From contig JBNGIO010005800.1 of NCBI GenBank assembly GCA_049999805.1, forward strand, positions 125,031-189,030: DNA of 64,000 bases, given 5' to 3'. The notes under the pieces were generated by a model that did no database searches, was not told where the DNA came from, and worked only from the letters and a program-made list of their open reading frames with translations. Of this stretch, positions 38,960 to 51,494 are shown piece after piece. Every line of letters starts with the position of its first letter. Positions within the stretch are counted from its first letter, which is position 1. Position numbers and translations under genes: made by a program. The stretch is from Folioceros fuciformis (taxonomy: Eukaryota).

Positions 38960-39330
38960 TTGAGAATCAGAGCACAGACTTGCAGAGCCACTACTGGTAA
39001 TTATGGAATCCAAGGAGACAAGATTGAGGAATGGGAGGGGATGGCACAAAACCATGACAACATGGCTGCAGAGGTGGAATCTGCCCGCAGACTCGCAGAA
39101 AGACATAAGCAAAGAAGGTATCCTGAAGGTATGGTCCCAGGCAGAAGCAACCACAGACATGAAATTTTATGCAGAGCATGTAAATTACAAGTGAGTCTAC
39201 GAGTAGCAGCAATATCTGGCTATGCGCCTCCCTTCTAAACGAGTAAGGGAACTTGCGCAGTTCGGACGAAGATCTTCCAAACTATTTGGCATAAGAGGTA
39301 GGGGCCATATGCCTAGACAGGAAAGGATAG
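38960..39330 (+). mobile_element. Relic C-terminal region of a LINE (RTE-like) ORF
   Basis: GWHKTMTTWLQRWNL ... YE*QQYLAMRLPSKRVRELAQF ... RGR ... PRQERI resembles the Q.YL...LA.FR..H.L.IE.GR...R..R.C stretch preceding LINE CCHC fingers; broken by stops and frameshifts. Confidence 0.45.
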
Positions 39331-39912
39331 GCAAACCAAGTCTCATGTGTTGTGTAGCGTGGTGTGCAGCACGCTCAGGCCACTTCGTGGCAGTATGAGA
39401 TGCGACACACTACAGATTTTCCACCATCTTTACTGGGACGGAAAACAAAGCGTCTGCTTTCGTGGCGTTTAATAGTTCTGCCCCCGACAACAAGTCCAGA
39501 AGTGGAACATAGTGTTTCCTCATTTTGTAAAACTCCTGGCCGGCATGCCTTCTTACTACTTACCTCTGATGCTTACGTCCTCGCCTGCGCCCACATCTGA
39601 GCACCGGTGCATGTATTTGACGAAAACACACATCCTGCTGCAATTTCATTGCCTAGTTTCACTGATTGGTCAAAACGCATGACGCCCCTACCCATGTTGC
39701 TCACTTCCGACAACCACCTTACTGAGTGTACCAACTGATTCGGGCAGTACATGAAAGGGAATGGCTTGGCCCCATCATTTAGGCTGCATGATGACCTCGG
39801 ACGTCGGAATGACAACCATGAGAGAAAAACTCTGCAGCTTCCCTAGTTTTGCAACCACTTCTCCCTTCATCCGGAGTGTCACACAGCGAAGAGAGCACCC
39901 AGAATCGTTTCC

Positions 39913-40439
39913 TCAGCCTTCTCTCCACTGATACATACAGTTGTTATTGCAACACTTGAAGAAGGTGGTCATAGGCTCATCGGCAGATCTAATCTGAATC
40001 TGCATGAAGTAGGCATGTCCCTCGCCACACTTTGGACATGTGACTGCACACAAAACAAGCCTCCTTACAAGTTAGTATGAAGAATTCCAAGCTGCAGCAC
40101 AGGATTTCTAGACACACGCGTAAACATAGGCTTGCCTTCAGTTCGATCCACGTTCTTCCAAGCATCATCTCCACCGAGGACATCGTCCACCTCCTTTTGA
40201 GACAGAGACAACTTCCTACTTATCTGCACACGTAAGCAACAGCCACCCAACAACTGCTGGCGTTTAGAGGTTCTTCCACAACAGGTGACACTGCTTAAGA
40301 CAACAAGGCTTTAGGATGTCGGCACCTTGCGGTCGATGCGGTAGACGTAGGGGCAAGTTGGGCAGTAGAATTGCAGCTGCCCGCTTTTCGAAGAATGCTC
40401 CAGCTGGAGCAAATTCGCACAGGTTGGGCAGAACTCCAT
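39913..40439 (-). CDS. RPC10: DNA-directed RNA polymerase III subunit RPC10 (C11), 3 exons
   Basis: Exons 40439-40326, 40223-40136 and 40043-39913 give MEFCPTCANLL...FYCPTCPYVY...KEVDDVLGGDDAWKNVDRTEVTCPKCGEGHAYFMQIQIRSADEPMTTFFKCCN..C..QWREG*, including the TFIIS-like RSADEP ribbon. Intron 2 has a GC donor. Confidence 0.95.
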
Positions 40440-40544
40440 GAGAACAGTACCAGACGGACCGCTGATCGGAATAAGAAGTCTGGATGACAGCAGTAAATTC
40501 GACCTAGAGCTCTACTCAATCAGGGTTAGTTTGATGGAGGGCTG

Positions 40545-42938
40545 ATGATGAGGAGGACCGGTGCTGTGGGGAGGAGGATGGCGAGGACTGCCTGTCAATA
40601 TTTCCATCACACTCGGGCCAGCTCTTCCTGGGCACAAGTGGCAGAATCGTGGACAGCACTTCCCGGTAGTCCACCGTTCCATTCGTTTTCTAAGCGTGAC
40701 TATGTTAGAAGGTATAAGTGACTGTTGTTGGCATTTCGGATACGGCATGTTAGGTTTGCCCTTGGTTGTGGCCGTTGACAAATCTTGTTGTCGTCACGCA
40801 GGGTGGCAAGGAAAGATGGATGGATGTCTGATCAGGTTTGGCAGAAACGCTCCGTGGAGGGACAAGGACAACTTTATGAGGCTGTTAGGGACTTGGAACT
40901 CAAGGTTTTGCAACGTTCCTTTGTTTCGAGAGACACTTGGTACAGCGTCCTGAAGGGCTGCATTGCAAAGAAGGATCCTATTCTGAGCAGGCGGGTTCAT
41001 GATCTGATTGTGAGAAGTGGGTACGAGGGCAATGCATTTTTGGCTAATCACATCATTCGGATGTATGCCTCTGAGGGCAGTTTGTCGGAAGCAACAGAGG
41101 TGTTTAGGCAACTGCCTGCTCCAGATGTGTTTGCTTGGTGCTCCATCATTTCTGCTCACTTCAGGCCCGAACACGCCAAGGAAGGTATCCAATTGTACAG
41201 GAGGATGCGTGAATCTGCTCTGGAGCCGGATAGATACGTATTCGTGGCGGCCCTGAAAGCATGTGCTGGTGCAGCAGATTTGGCAGCAGGGAAGCTTGTA
41301 CATGGTGATGTAGTGGACAGTGGGCTGGAGACACATGAGTACGTTGGGAGCACCCTAGTTGACATGTACGCCAAGTGCGGCAGCCTGGAAGATGCTCGTA
41401 AAGTGTTTGACAGGCAACCAAGGAAGAGTGTAGTGATCTGGACTGCCATGATTGCAGGCTATGTCCAGCATGGCCGTGCTCAGGAGGCTCTTGAGCTGTA
41501 TGGAGACATGCAGAAGGATGGCTCAACCTCCCCTAACAGTTTCACACTAGCAAGCTTGCTGAAAGCATGTAGCAACAGAGGAGACCTTAGGATGGGCAAG
41601 AGGGTCCATGCAGATATCTTGGATAGAGGGCTCGAAACAGACTTAGTGATTGGAAATAGTCTGATCGACATGTATGCCAAGTGTGGGAGCCTGGAGGATG
41701 CTCGCAAAATTTTTGATGAGATGTTCGTCAAAGATGTGGTGACATGGAGTACCATAATTGCTGGATACGCACAGGAAGGGCATGATCAGGAATCGCTTGA
41801 ACTATTTGCAAGAATGCAGCAAGAGGGCATCACTCCCGACAAGTTCATATATGTCAGTGTTCTCCAAGCTTGTGGAAGGACAGGGGCCGTACGGGAAGGC
41901 CACCAAGTTCATGCTCACATTGAGGACAGCACATTGGAGATAGATTCTTTTATTGGAAGTGCCCTGGTTGACATGTATGCCAAATTTGGGAGAATGGACA
42001 TAGCTCAGAATGTGTTTGATGGGCTCTCTTCCAAAAACGTGGTCACTTGGAATGCATTGATCAACGGGTATGGCCAGCATAATGGCTGTAAGATGGCAAT
42101 GCACTGTTTTCAAGAGATGCGACGACAGGGAGTTGATCCTGATCACTCCACCTTTGCCATTCTTTTTGTGGCATGCAGTCATGCAGGCCTGGTGGATGAG
42201 GGTTTGCAGTACTTCAGGGCGATGGCAGAAGAGTATGGCATGATGCCCACAGTGACTCACATAACCTGCATAGTTGATATGCTTGCCCGGTCAGGGTGGG
42301 TAGTGGACGCAGAGGCTATGCTGCAGGCCATGCCGTCAAACCAAGATTTCGTGGGTTGGATATCTTTGCTGAGTGCTTGCAGGACTCATAAGAATGTGGA
42401 GATAGGCAAGCGCTGTTTTGACCGCCTCATCCAACTAGAACCTCAGCACTCTGCTAGCTATTCACTCATGTCAGAACTTTACGCAAGTGCTGGCAGGTGG
42501 GCAGATGCACAGAAGATAGATAGTCTCATGACAGCTGCTGGTGCCGAGAAGAAGCGTGCTAAGGCCCTGATTGAAGTGAATGGCCAGGTGCACGAGTTCA
42601 CAGTGGGAAGGATGACCGATGATGTTGCACTGAAACTAAAAAGCCTGAATCGGCATGTGGAGGAGGCGATCGGTTTGCCACACTCAGTTCCATTACCTGA
42701 TGAGAACAACGGAGAAGGTCTATGTGGACATGCTGAGAAGTTGGCAATCGCATACGGTCTTCTGAACACCCCCAAGGGTACAACACTGCTGGTCACAAAG
42801 AACTTGCGGATGTGTGAAAACTGCCACAGGGGAACTAAGATCATTTCCAGGATTGAAAATCGGGAGATTGTTGTGAGAGATGCTCATTGCGTGCATCACT
42901 TCAAGGATGGACGATGTTCTTGTGGCGATAGCTGTTGA
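40545..42938 (+). CDS. PLS-class PPR protein with DYW:KP-like domain ending DSC and no PDF motif (PPR-D), 2 exons
   Basis: Exon 1 40545-40711 (MMRRTGAVGRRMARTACQYFHHTRASSSW..., Arg/Ser-rich and transit-peptide-like); phase-2 intron 40712-40801 (AG/GTATAAGT...CGCAG); exon 2 contains PLS repeats and KKRAKALIEV...HAEKLA...CENCH...CSCGDSC. Confidence 0.9.
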
Positions 42939-44342
42939 CAAGGCTGAGGAGCACTGGCAGACAAATCGGACTGAGCCCACTCGCATCTGCATATGCCTGG
43001 GCACCGTAATCGAGTTCGAAATGGAATTCCAAAGCTGCCAAACGGTCTGTCCGTGTGCCCCTCCACTTTCTTGAGGTTACAACATTAAGATGCTTTGTGT
43101 TCTTGGTTCTAATTTAGTGCTTCGTGACTGCAAGGAGAGGGAGACACATGACGTAGTCATTCATCACAGCCGCACGAAGAATATGGACGACAGCTTGTTG
43201 TAAACCTCCTTCTCAGTCAAGCCCTCGGTGGTGAACGTGGGCGCAAGATGGGCCCTAATCTGGATAACCACTGAATGGTAGATTTTTCCATAGGCTCCTG
43301 TTCACCGACTGCGTGAATGGATGGAGACATAGTCGAAGGATCGTCTCACTGACAGGCTGACAGAAGTCCAACCGTTTCTGTTGTAAAGTGCTCCGTGTTC
43401 CAGTAGCCGAACGCATCTTCTGAGCCTGTGCCTTCGTAGCCATGGCCTCTCTTTTCCTTTTTCTGGGTGATCAAATCATTAAATACTATCGCCTGTAGGC
43501 AGTTGCAAAAAGACCGTGGCACGTCAGCTCATGAGCACATGGCGGCCACGAGCCTAGTGCACGCGTAGCCTTGATACCTTGTTCTTCCCTCTCCAGCGCC
43601 CACAGGGCATGTGTGTAACTAAGGATTGGTGATCTTGGCTACTTGCATGAAGCGCAAAAGCCGGGTTCCGACCACATCGGAAGAACGAACGGGCCCCTAG
43701 TTTTCCCTGTCCACAGATCTCCGCAGACCTCGTATTGGCTCGTGAAAGATGCTAGGCCCAGACCTGGATCTTCTTAGATCCCTGGACCGCGTTCATGAAC
43801 TTCAAAATTTTTTGTGTCTGTGCTTTTCATATTTATGTTTTGTTTGTTCACATCCGGGAATTCAGCTCGACCAATGGCTCACGCTCACGCTCTCAACTCG
43901 CTGCTGAAGGAAGGTCTTGCCAAATCCAAATCTCCACCAGGTGTAACAGTGGCTTTCAGAAGGCCGGGCCGTCGAACCATCTCGTCTAGCCAGACGATCT
44001 TCAGCGTCAACCATCGTTGGTGCGAGTTCGAGCCTGAGACGTGTAATGAAATTGGCTTGCAGGCGATGAGAGGCAAGACTAATGGAGTCGACCTTTAGCT
44101 CACACACGAAAGGGAAAAAAAACGAAAACGAAGAAAACAACACCCAGAATGTCGTCGATGTCACTCACCCTTGGGTATAGTCTAGTCTGAAACAGGAACT
44201 GAAAGCGTGGTAGCCCGGGCCCGCTGTCGCTCAAGTGGGACCCGCTTTTTAGCTTGTGTGCGTTTTTCATGAACATGGCCCTATATATCATGATGTCCGT
44301 TGAACTGTGGACAATGCCAGGACGAGTGAAGAGGGCAGTGCG

Positions 44343-45774
44343 ATGGCGGAAGGCAGAGCATACGACAAGGCCCACATTTTCGGAATGGTTGGAGGAGAAG
44401 GAGAAGAAAGCTATAGCAAAAACTCCTCAGCTCAGCTGCATTGGCTGGAAGCTGTGGAAGATGCCCTCTGGAATGGCCTGTTGAGTGCAAAAGCGATTCC
44501 GGATGTACCTGGAGCGGTAACGCTGCGAGTAGCTGACCTGGGCTGTGCCACGGGGAGGAATACCATCACCGCTGTGGACAGGCTTCTGAGAAATCTGAAA
44601 GCTCTGTGGAGGTCTAAGTCTGCCGAGTTCCCACGGGAGGTACAGGTCTCCTTCTCTGACCTGCCCAGCAACGACTTCAATAGCCTATTGGCACTCGTGT
44701 GTTCTCCAGACTCTGGAAGAAGTTACTTCCCAGCTGCAGTGCCTGGCTCTTTCTACGGCAGGCTCTTCCCTGCGAGCAGCATCCATGCATTCACTTGCTT
44801 CAACTCACTTCACTGGATGTCCCAGGTCCTGGAAGCACCATCCTTTTTGCCATTCCGTGCTGCCCTTTGTCGTTTCCAACGGTAATTCACATGCTGTTCT
44901 ACCCGCGGCCGGCAGGTCCCTGATGAGGTGCTCGACAAGCACTCTCCTGCTTACAACGCTGACCGCGTCAATCTGGAGGGCGCCGGTCCTGCTGTCATCC
45001 AAGCGTTTTCTAGGCAGCACCACAAGGATTTGCAGGCATTCCTGAGCTGCAGGGCAGAGGAGCTTGTTCCAGGTGTGTATGTATGCATGCGGACTGCTCA
45101 CCACGAGGACATGGTACTTCTCGGAATTCTCATGTATGACATGTCAATCATGCATTCTTCCCTTTCCATGTCAATCATGCATTCTTCTTGGTACAGGAGG
45201 TTTTCTTCTTCTGTCACGGCTCTCGAGGGCAGAGGACAAGGAGTGTGAACAACCCGCCGGGGCGGATATGTTCACGCCATCATTTCGAGAGCTTATTGCA
45301 GAGGTATGTATGACACCGTCTGGTCCCAGAACTTGCTCTACATGTCCTTAGTCCAATCGGTTCCCGCGTACTCTATTTCCTGTGCATATGATGTGGGTAG
45401 TCATGCTCGAGCAGGGACTCATTGAGCAAGAGCTCCTGGACACGTTCAACATCCCCGTATACCTGGCGAGCCTTGCCGAGATGAGGAGGGCCGTGGAGGA
45501 ACAAGGCTCATTTCACATCCAAGTCCTGCAATCCTTTGCCCACGTCCCCGCCTTCCATAAAGAGATCGAGCAGCAGTACCGCGCGGATCGTGCACTTTTT
45601 GCTAAAGCCATGCTTCTCTTCACAAAAAGCATTACGTACGCTGCTGTACAAGCCCATTTTGGTGCTACAGCGGCCAATCTGATTTTCCAGAAACACAAGA
45701 CTTTGCTAGACAGCTCGGATTTACAGCGGTTCCTGGTGGTGGACATTGTTGTCGCCGTCCTGGTTCGGAAGTAG
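44343..45774 (+). CDS. SABATH-family SAM-dependent carboxyl methyltransferase, 4 exons
   Basis: Exons 44343-44825, 44916-45072, 45197-45303 and 45415-45774. Motifs MVGGEGEESYSKNSSAQ, RVADLGCATGRNT, FSDLPSNDFNSL, AVPGSFYGRLFP, SLHWMSQVP, FLSCRAEELVPGG, LDTFNIPVY. TATA-like CTATATAT at ~44281. Confidence 0.93.
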
Positions 45775-48700
45775 CCATGTCCCAGCCTGACCCACGAACT
45801 ATCTTGTATAAGGAAAAAGCATACCGAGTAAACATTTTTCAAATGTATTCAGAGTGTCGTCCCCTGCGAACTTCGGCCTACCGTCATGCAAAATCACACT
45901 TTGGAACCACTTTCCCTTACTCGTGGCATGATCATGCCTGTCATGTCCATCCCAATCACTTATTCATGAATGCTTCATGCATATGGTCCATATACATCTT
46001 GACTATCCACCTTCTTTTTGGGCTAGAAAGGTCAGGAATGGTTGCGGGACAGAAAAAAATACTGGTGTGCCCGGGGTAAGCTAATCAAGAGTCGAAGCGC
46101 CGGGTAGATGTGGGCACCAATTTGCCAGTCCACAGCGTGTTCACCCCGTTTACACTACCAGGATCATGAGATGACATCCCCCATGGCAGGAGATCCTCTG
46201 CAGCCATTCCGGGAGATTTAGAAAACCTTATCAAGGTCCGAGGTGTGTGGAAGTGGTGCCTTTCCTGACCAGCTTGTCATGCAATCCCATTTCCTTCTCA
46301 CGCCTTATGTTTGTGCGGGTGATTGAACACTTGCTGCAGGAGTACCCGAGATGCACACACCCTTACCTTGGTATATAGCAGCCAGGGCAGGGCAGAGGAG
46401 AAGCAGGCTTGATCCTGAACAGGACGCGTTGTCGTTGCTGCTGGCGTTGTGCCTTTGAGGCATGTTTCTCAATTACTGGCCTCGGTGTTATTTGCTTTCA
46501 CTCTGAGTAGGTAGTATACAGGCCTCGTTGCAATCGTCTTCAGCTCATTGAACGTGTATCTGTGCTTCTCCCGCTGCAACATAAGATTTCCTTGCAGAGC
46601 TTGGTTGCAACCTACCGTCGTCAGTAATGGTTGTACAATATCTGCACAATTTTTGAAGTGCGAATAGGTCTACTCCCTCAATCTTTGTTGCGCACAATTA
46701 ACCAGCAACGTAATTGGCATCATCTTTCTATCCATGTAGGTTGTGCAAACTTGTGAGACCCACAGGCCAACCTAGGGCTTGATGCAAACTCTCGGCCCCA
46801 TTTGATGCTCCAATATCGACTACTGTGGGGTCAGCCAGACATGCACGGTCCGGTCCAGCATATTCCGTTAGGATGGGGGAAGAAGTGACATTGGATAGTT
46901 GCGAACCTGAAGCAGGTCATATCAAAGTAAAAGCTTTCCAAGCTATTCGTCCTAGGCGACAAGGAACATGGTGGCAAGTGCTGTTATAGGTGTCTCTACT
47001 ATCGTTCCATCTCCCACTTGACCTAAATGCTGTTGTTAGTGTCGCTGCTATCGTTCCATCTCCCGCTTGACCTTTTCTCAACTCCGTGCTGTGATACACC
47101 ACATTGTCCTGCAGTGCATGTTGTATAGCCTGCACATCGACAGCTGTTAGGAGACGAAGCAAAGACGACGAGAAATGGATTAAAAAAATGAAAAATGAAG
47201 ACAACATGTGCGCCATCATTTTATCACTTTCAAAGGCCTCTCTCTTTTCCGGTCAGGGACCTCTTCACGCACATCTTCCCCGTGTGCGGATTAGAGGGTT
47301 GTCTCGTTCTGGGGCCAAGGGTTCCACGCTGTCCATATCCCACACGGTATTTCCATTCTCACCCAGCCGCCAGTAGTGCAATTGAGGAGACCGCTGCAGC
47401 CCACACACGAACTTCCATTTATCTCAAACATGGTCAAATACTGGCCCAACCCCCTTAATGATTCACTGTCTGGTAGCAAGTGCGCATCTGCTCGGGTGAG
47501 AGGCCGGTGCTTTGTCTCCCCCTCCTTCGTGGTCCACACCCCGTTCTGCAGGACGTTTGGGCCGCCAGCACCTTGCTCCTATGTCCGCGGTCCAAGTTCA
47601 GTTGTGGAGGCCATCAGCAACAAATACCTTACGGAAGCATTGCTGCACGAAAGAGGACTGCCCTAGATACAAGAGCAACTTCTGGTTGTCTGCAAACGCG
47701 ATGCCATCTAGCGTCAAACCAGAGCAGCCACAATCTACCCGCTTGCAGTGTAATTACTATTTTAATAAATCAATGAAATTAGTATATTCTCATAGTCACT
47801 AATTCAGACTTTCTTAGCCACATAAACACAAGTTCTTTCCTTCCACCAATTGGTCAGACACCAGATTTTCCTTCAACACATTCCTCTCTATAGTGACCTC
47901 CAACAGTTGGGTGCACAAGATCACATTCTCTCTTGCTTCTTTCCGTCATTCCTCCATGAGGTGCTATTGCCATACAAAATCCGCCTAGAACCTTCTTTTC
48001 ATGGTGACTAGCATCCAGTGGATGACCCGTTGCCGAAGGCTTTCTACTTCCTGACACATGACCTCTGCTTTCTTCAACTGCCCTTCGATATCCTCCAACT
48101 CCAGCGCAAGGTTTTCACCCAACCTTTGGACTTGCTTGGCCAATTGTTCTTGCACCTCATTAGCTCCTCTTGGACAACGATCAGCCTGTCCTCCAACTCC
48201 TGTTTCTATCTTGTCAGGGAAGAAACTCGCTTTTGACTGGCAGACAGTTCCTCCCTTGCCTCCATTAGTTAATGCAAGAGGGTCTCCTTGGCCTTGAGTT
48301 GCACCTTCTTATCCTCCAAGACCTTGTTCTCCTCCAACCGATTGGCTCCCAACTTATGCGCTGCCAATAAGTCTTGCACTACTAGCAGCTGGTTGCTCCC
48401 CTCTTCTCTTGTGAGGGACCCAAGCCACCAATTGTCCTTTAGACCATGGCTTCATTCTAGGTGGAGGATCCTTGCCGGTACCCTTGCTGTCCAAAGGGGA
48501 CACCCCCTCCCAATTGTCCCTCCTCACTCAATAGTGTTTTTCCTATGTCTACCCCAGTCACGGGTAGCTCCGGACCTAACACTAGTGCCACCTCTCTGAC
48601 CTTATCAAAACCCCCTCTCTCCTCTCCAGCTAGTTGTAGGTCTCCCCTTCCCTGGTTCTCCTTTTGCTGATTGGGTAATGGGCCATCCTTCTCCTCCTTT

Positions 48701-49261
48701 GCCAAGTTGGAAACCAGAGGAGCATAAAGGAGTTAGTAAGTTGCTAGCTGAATTAGCAACTTTGGAGTAGGTAAGCACTTATGTTCGCCATGTTGACACT
48801 ATGCTTCAACTGCCCCCCTGTGGCCGCTATGCTTCTTTGGTGGTCTACCCTTGGCAATCTAGTCGAATTTGCATTCAAAGCCGTATTAGTTGTTAATTTG
48901 TCAATCCCTCTCCAATTGTATGTGTTGAAATTGAAGTACCATTAGAAACCACTTCCTCTTAAATTGGTTGACAGTGGTTTGGATGTGCACCATGCAAGAT
49001 TGGAAGCTCAATTATTGAAGACCTTATCGAGCTATAGTTCCGATCATTCCCTTCTAAGTGGAAAATCCCATAACAACTCAAAACAATAAAAATTAATTAA
49101 AAAAAAAAGAAAATGCTTCAACACAGCCAATGAGAGGGATGGACTCCTGTTAGTCTCCTCTTTATTGGTTCCACATGTTCTTATTAACTTGACAACTTCT
49201 TCATTTAAATAATCACCTTTTTGAAATGTTGTGATTCTCTATGACTTTACAAGTAAGATAT

Positions 49262-51076
49262 TTATTGTATTTTATCACATTTAATCATGTTCACTAGCTT
49301 GACTACTTCTTCTTTTAAAGCTTGAGGAGAGTCAAGGAGATCTAAAATCTCATTTTCGGTCATATTTTGTAAGATTAACTCCACCACTTTGGAAGCATAC
49401 TTTTTCTCAATTTTAACTATACATGTAAACAATAATTCTCCAAATATGGCTATCCTTTTCTGATCAAGTATTATAGTTCTAGCTAAGTTGTTAGGATTTG
49501 AGATAAGATAATGTGATGACTTTTTGACATCGTTTGTACCTTCTACACTTGGGACAACTTCTAGCATCATTGTTGAGCTTGGAGATTGTGATTCAACATT
49601 TTTAGTCGAATTCCCTATAAACTTGAATTGTTTTTCACTTGTTGGTAATACGATCAAAGCTTTTCTTACTAATTTTTCAGATTGTGAATTAAGATATTGA
49701 GACTCATATAAAGCCCTAGCATGACTCCAAGCTTCGCATGCTTCACGTGAAGATACTTTAGGTGTTCTTCCTAAACCTTGAGGTTGTATGTATTCCTCAA
49801 TCTCTATTACATTGCTTGGAGCATTGCCTTGGGGTTGTAGATATTGGAGAATTGTTGCATCGGACGGCAAATTCAAATTTGATGCACTTACGAAACCTTG
49901 ATGTTGTATGTATTCTTGAATCTCCATTGGATTGTTGAAAGCACTACCTATGTCAAATCCATAAGAAAGCAATGCCCGTTGAATCATTGCTTCTGAGCTT
50001 CGTGGTGATTGAAAATCAAGACTCATAAGAGTCCGAGTCCTTCCAACACCCCATCTAACTTGGGCTTCTGCTTCTGAGCTTCGTGGTGATTGAAAATCAA
50101 GACTCATAGGAGTCTGAGTCCTTCCAACACCCCATCTAACTTGGGCTTCTGCCGATGTTTGAGCTTGTGGATCTAGGCTTGCCATCCCATTTTTTCCATT
50201 ATCACGACTTCTAGCCTTTGCAATATCATAGGATAATAGCCATTCTTCAGATTGTGTAGCTAATTGAACAAACAATGGTCCTCCAATCAAGGATGTCTTA
50301 CCGTGCATATAATGTACTGCATTTGAGGCTTCTTCATGAGTGCTAAAGCCAACAAATGCATAGGGGCTATGAAGCCCGGGCTCACCTTCCATAATCTTAC
50401 AACCATAAACTATCCCAAACTGAGAAAATTCCTCTTGTAGCATTCTATCATCAACACCAGTGTCAAAATTCCTGACATAAACGTTCACATCATTTTGCAC
50501 TTTGAGTTTGTAAGATAGCTCCTTCTCCAATCTACTAAAAGCACGATGAATGTACCATTCATCTTGGCCATCAATTGCTTTCCCATTCAATGTAGCCACA
50601 GCATTGGCAGCATCTTCATGATGCAAAAACTTCACAAATCCAGATCGTTTGGATTGCCCATTACTATGTTTCATCACTCGAACACTGATGACCTCTCCAA
50701 AATTTTCAAATATATTTTGCAACATTGGTTCGTTTGTGTTCACCTGAAAGTTTTGAACATACACATTTGTATAATTTTTCCCTTCACATCCATCTTGGAT
50801 TTGTTGTCTTTTAGCACGAGACATATATTGAGTCACATCCAAGCGCAAACCAAATAAAAATATATCAATTGCCATGGCGAGTTTAGCCGCTTGTCTTTCA
50901 TCAAAACAAACGTATCCATAACCTTGGGATATATTGTTTTTGTCAACTACTACCTTACAACTTGAAATTGTTCCAAAAACTTTAAAAGTCTCAAAAAGCA
51001 CATCAGCATCTACATATTGCTTATGGAGATTCTTCACATACACATTTGTGGATCCTACGTTATTCAAATAATCCAT
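49262..51076 (-). CDS. Divergent polyadenylate-binding protein-like gene: 3 RRMs, repeat linker and MLLE/PABC-like domain; intronless and AT-rich
   Basis: RRMs NVYVKNL..FGTISSCKV..SQGYGYVCF, YTNVYVQNF..FGEVISVRVM..SKRSGFVKF..AVATLNGK and NVYVRNFDTGVDD..FSQFG..KIM..AFVGFSTHEEA match PABP RRM2-4. C-terminal IFGELLF...ASKVVELIL..EILDLLDSPQALKEEV matches MLLE. Confidence 0.82.
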   Translation of the reverse strand: MDYLNNVGSTNVYVKNLHKQYVDADVLFETFKVFGTISSCKVVVDKNNISQGYGYVCFDERQAAKLAMAIDIFLFGLRLDVTQYMSRAKRQQIQDGCEGKNYTNVYVQNFQVNTNEPMLQNIFENFGEVISVRVMKHSNGQSKRSGFVKFLHHEDAANAVATLNGKAIDGQDEWYIHRAFSRLEKELSYKLKVQNDVNVYVRNFDTGVDDRMLQEEFSQFGIVYGCKIMEGEPGLHSPYAFVGFSTHEEASNAVHYMHGKTSLIGGPLFVQLATQSEEWLLSYDIAKARSRDNGKNGMASLDPQAQTSAEAQVRWGVGRTQTPMSLDFQSPRSSEAEAQVRWGVGRTRTLMSLDFQSPRSSEAMIQRALLSYGFDIGSAFNNPMEIQEYIQHQGFVSASNLNLPSDATILQYLQPQGNAPSNVIEIEEYIQPQGLGRTPKVSSREACEAWSHARALYESQYLNSQSEKLVRKALIVLPTSEKQFKFIGNSTKNVESQSPSSTMMLEVVPSVEGTNDVKKSSHYLISNPNNLARTIILDQKRIAIFGELLFTCIVKIEKKYASKVVELILQNMTENEILDLLDSPQALKEEVVKLVNMIKCDKIQ

Positions 51077-51263
51077 CCTATCTTCACTTGAAGGATAAAA
51101 GTAATAACTGTCAGTCACTATTTTGATGTAATTTACTTTAAGTATTTAAAACTTACCTAAATGATATTTTGATATAGTTATACATACAATAACTTCAATG
51201 TATTAATGAAATCATCTCTCACATACATATATAGACATCCTTTGATACAATTTTACTTACCGA

Positions 51264-51494
51264 TACCCTAAACCCTAAACCCTAAACCCAAGTACACACG
51301 TCCTATCCTTTGGTATACCATGCAAATACCCTAAACCCTTAACCCAAGTACACACATCCTATCCTTTGGGGTACCATGCAAATACCCCAAACCCTAAACC
51401 TAAGTACACACGTCCTATCCTTTGGGATACCATGTAAATACCCTAAACCCTAAACCCAAGTACATACGTCCTATCCTTTGGGATACCATGCAAA
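51264..51494. repeat. 56-bp tandem repeat x4 containing CCCTAAA telomeric motifs
   Basis: ATACCCTAAACCCTAAACCCAAGTACACACGTCCTATCCTTTGGGATACCATGCAA units; AGTAC at 51291, 51347, 51403 and 51459. Confidence 0.92.

Noticed and set aside
16552-45774. Biosynthetic gene cluster (GULLO x2, cupins, SABATH)
   Set aside because: No scaffold-forming enzyme, genes are interspersed with unrelated housekeeping genes, and the cupins look like storage proteins.
46000-48800. Broken coiled-coil and other ORF fragments, possibly TE-derived
   Set aside because: No recognisable domain or termini; family cannot be assigned by eye.
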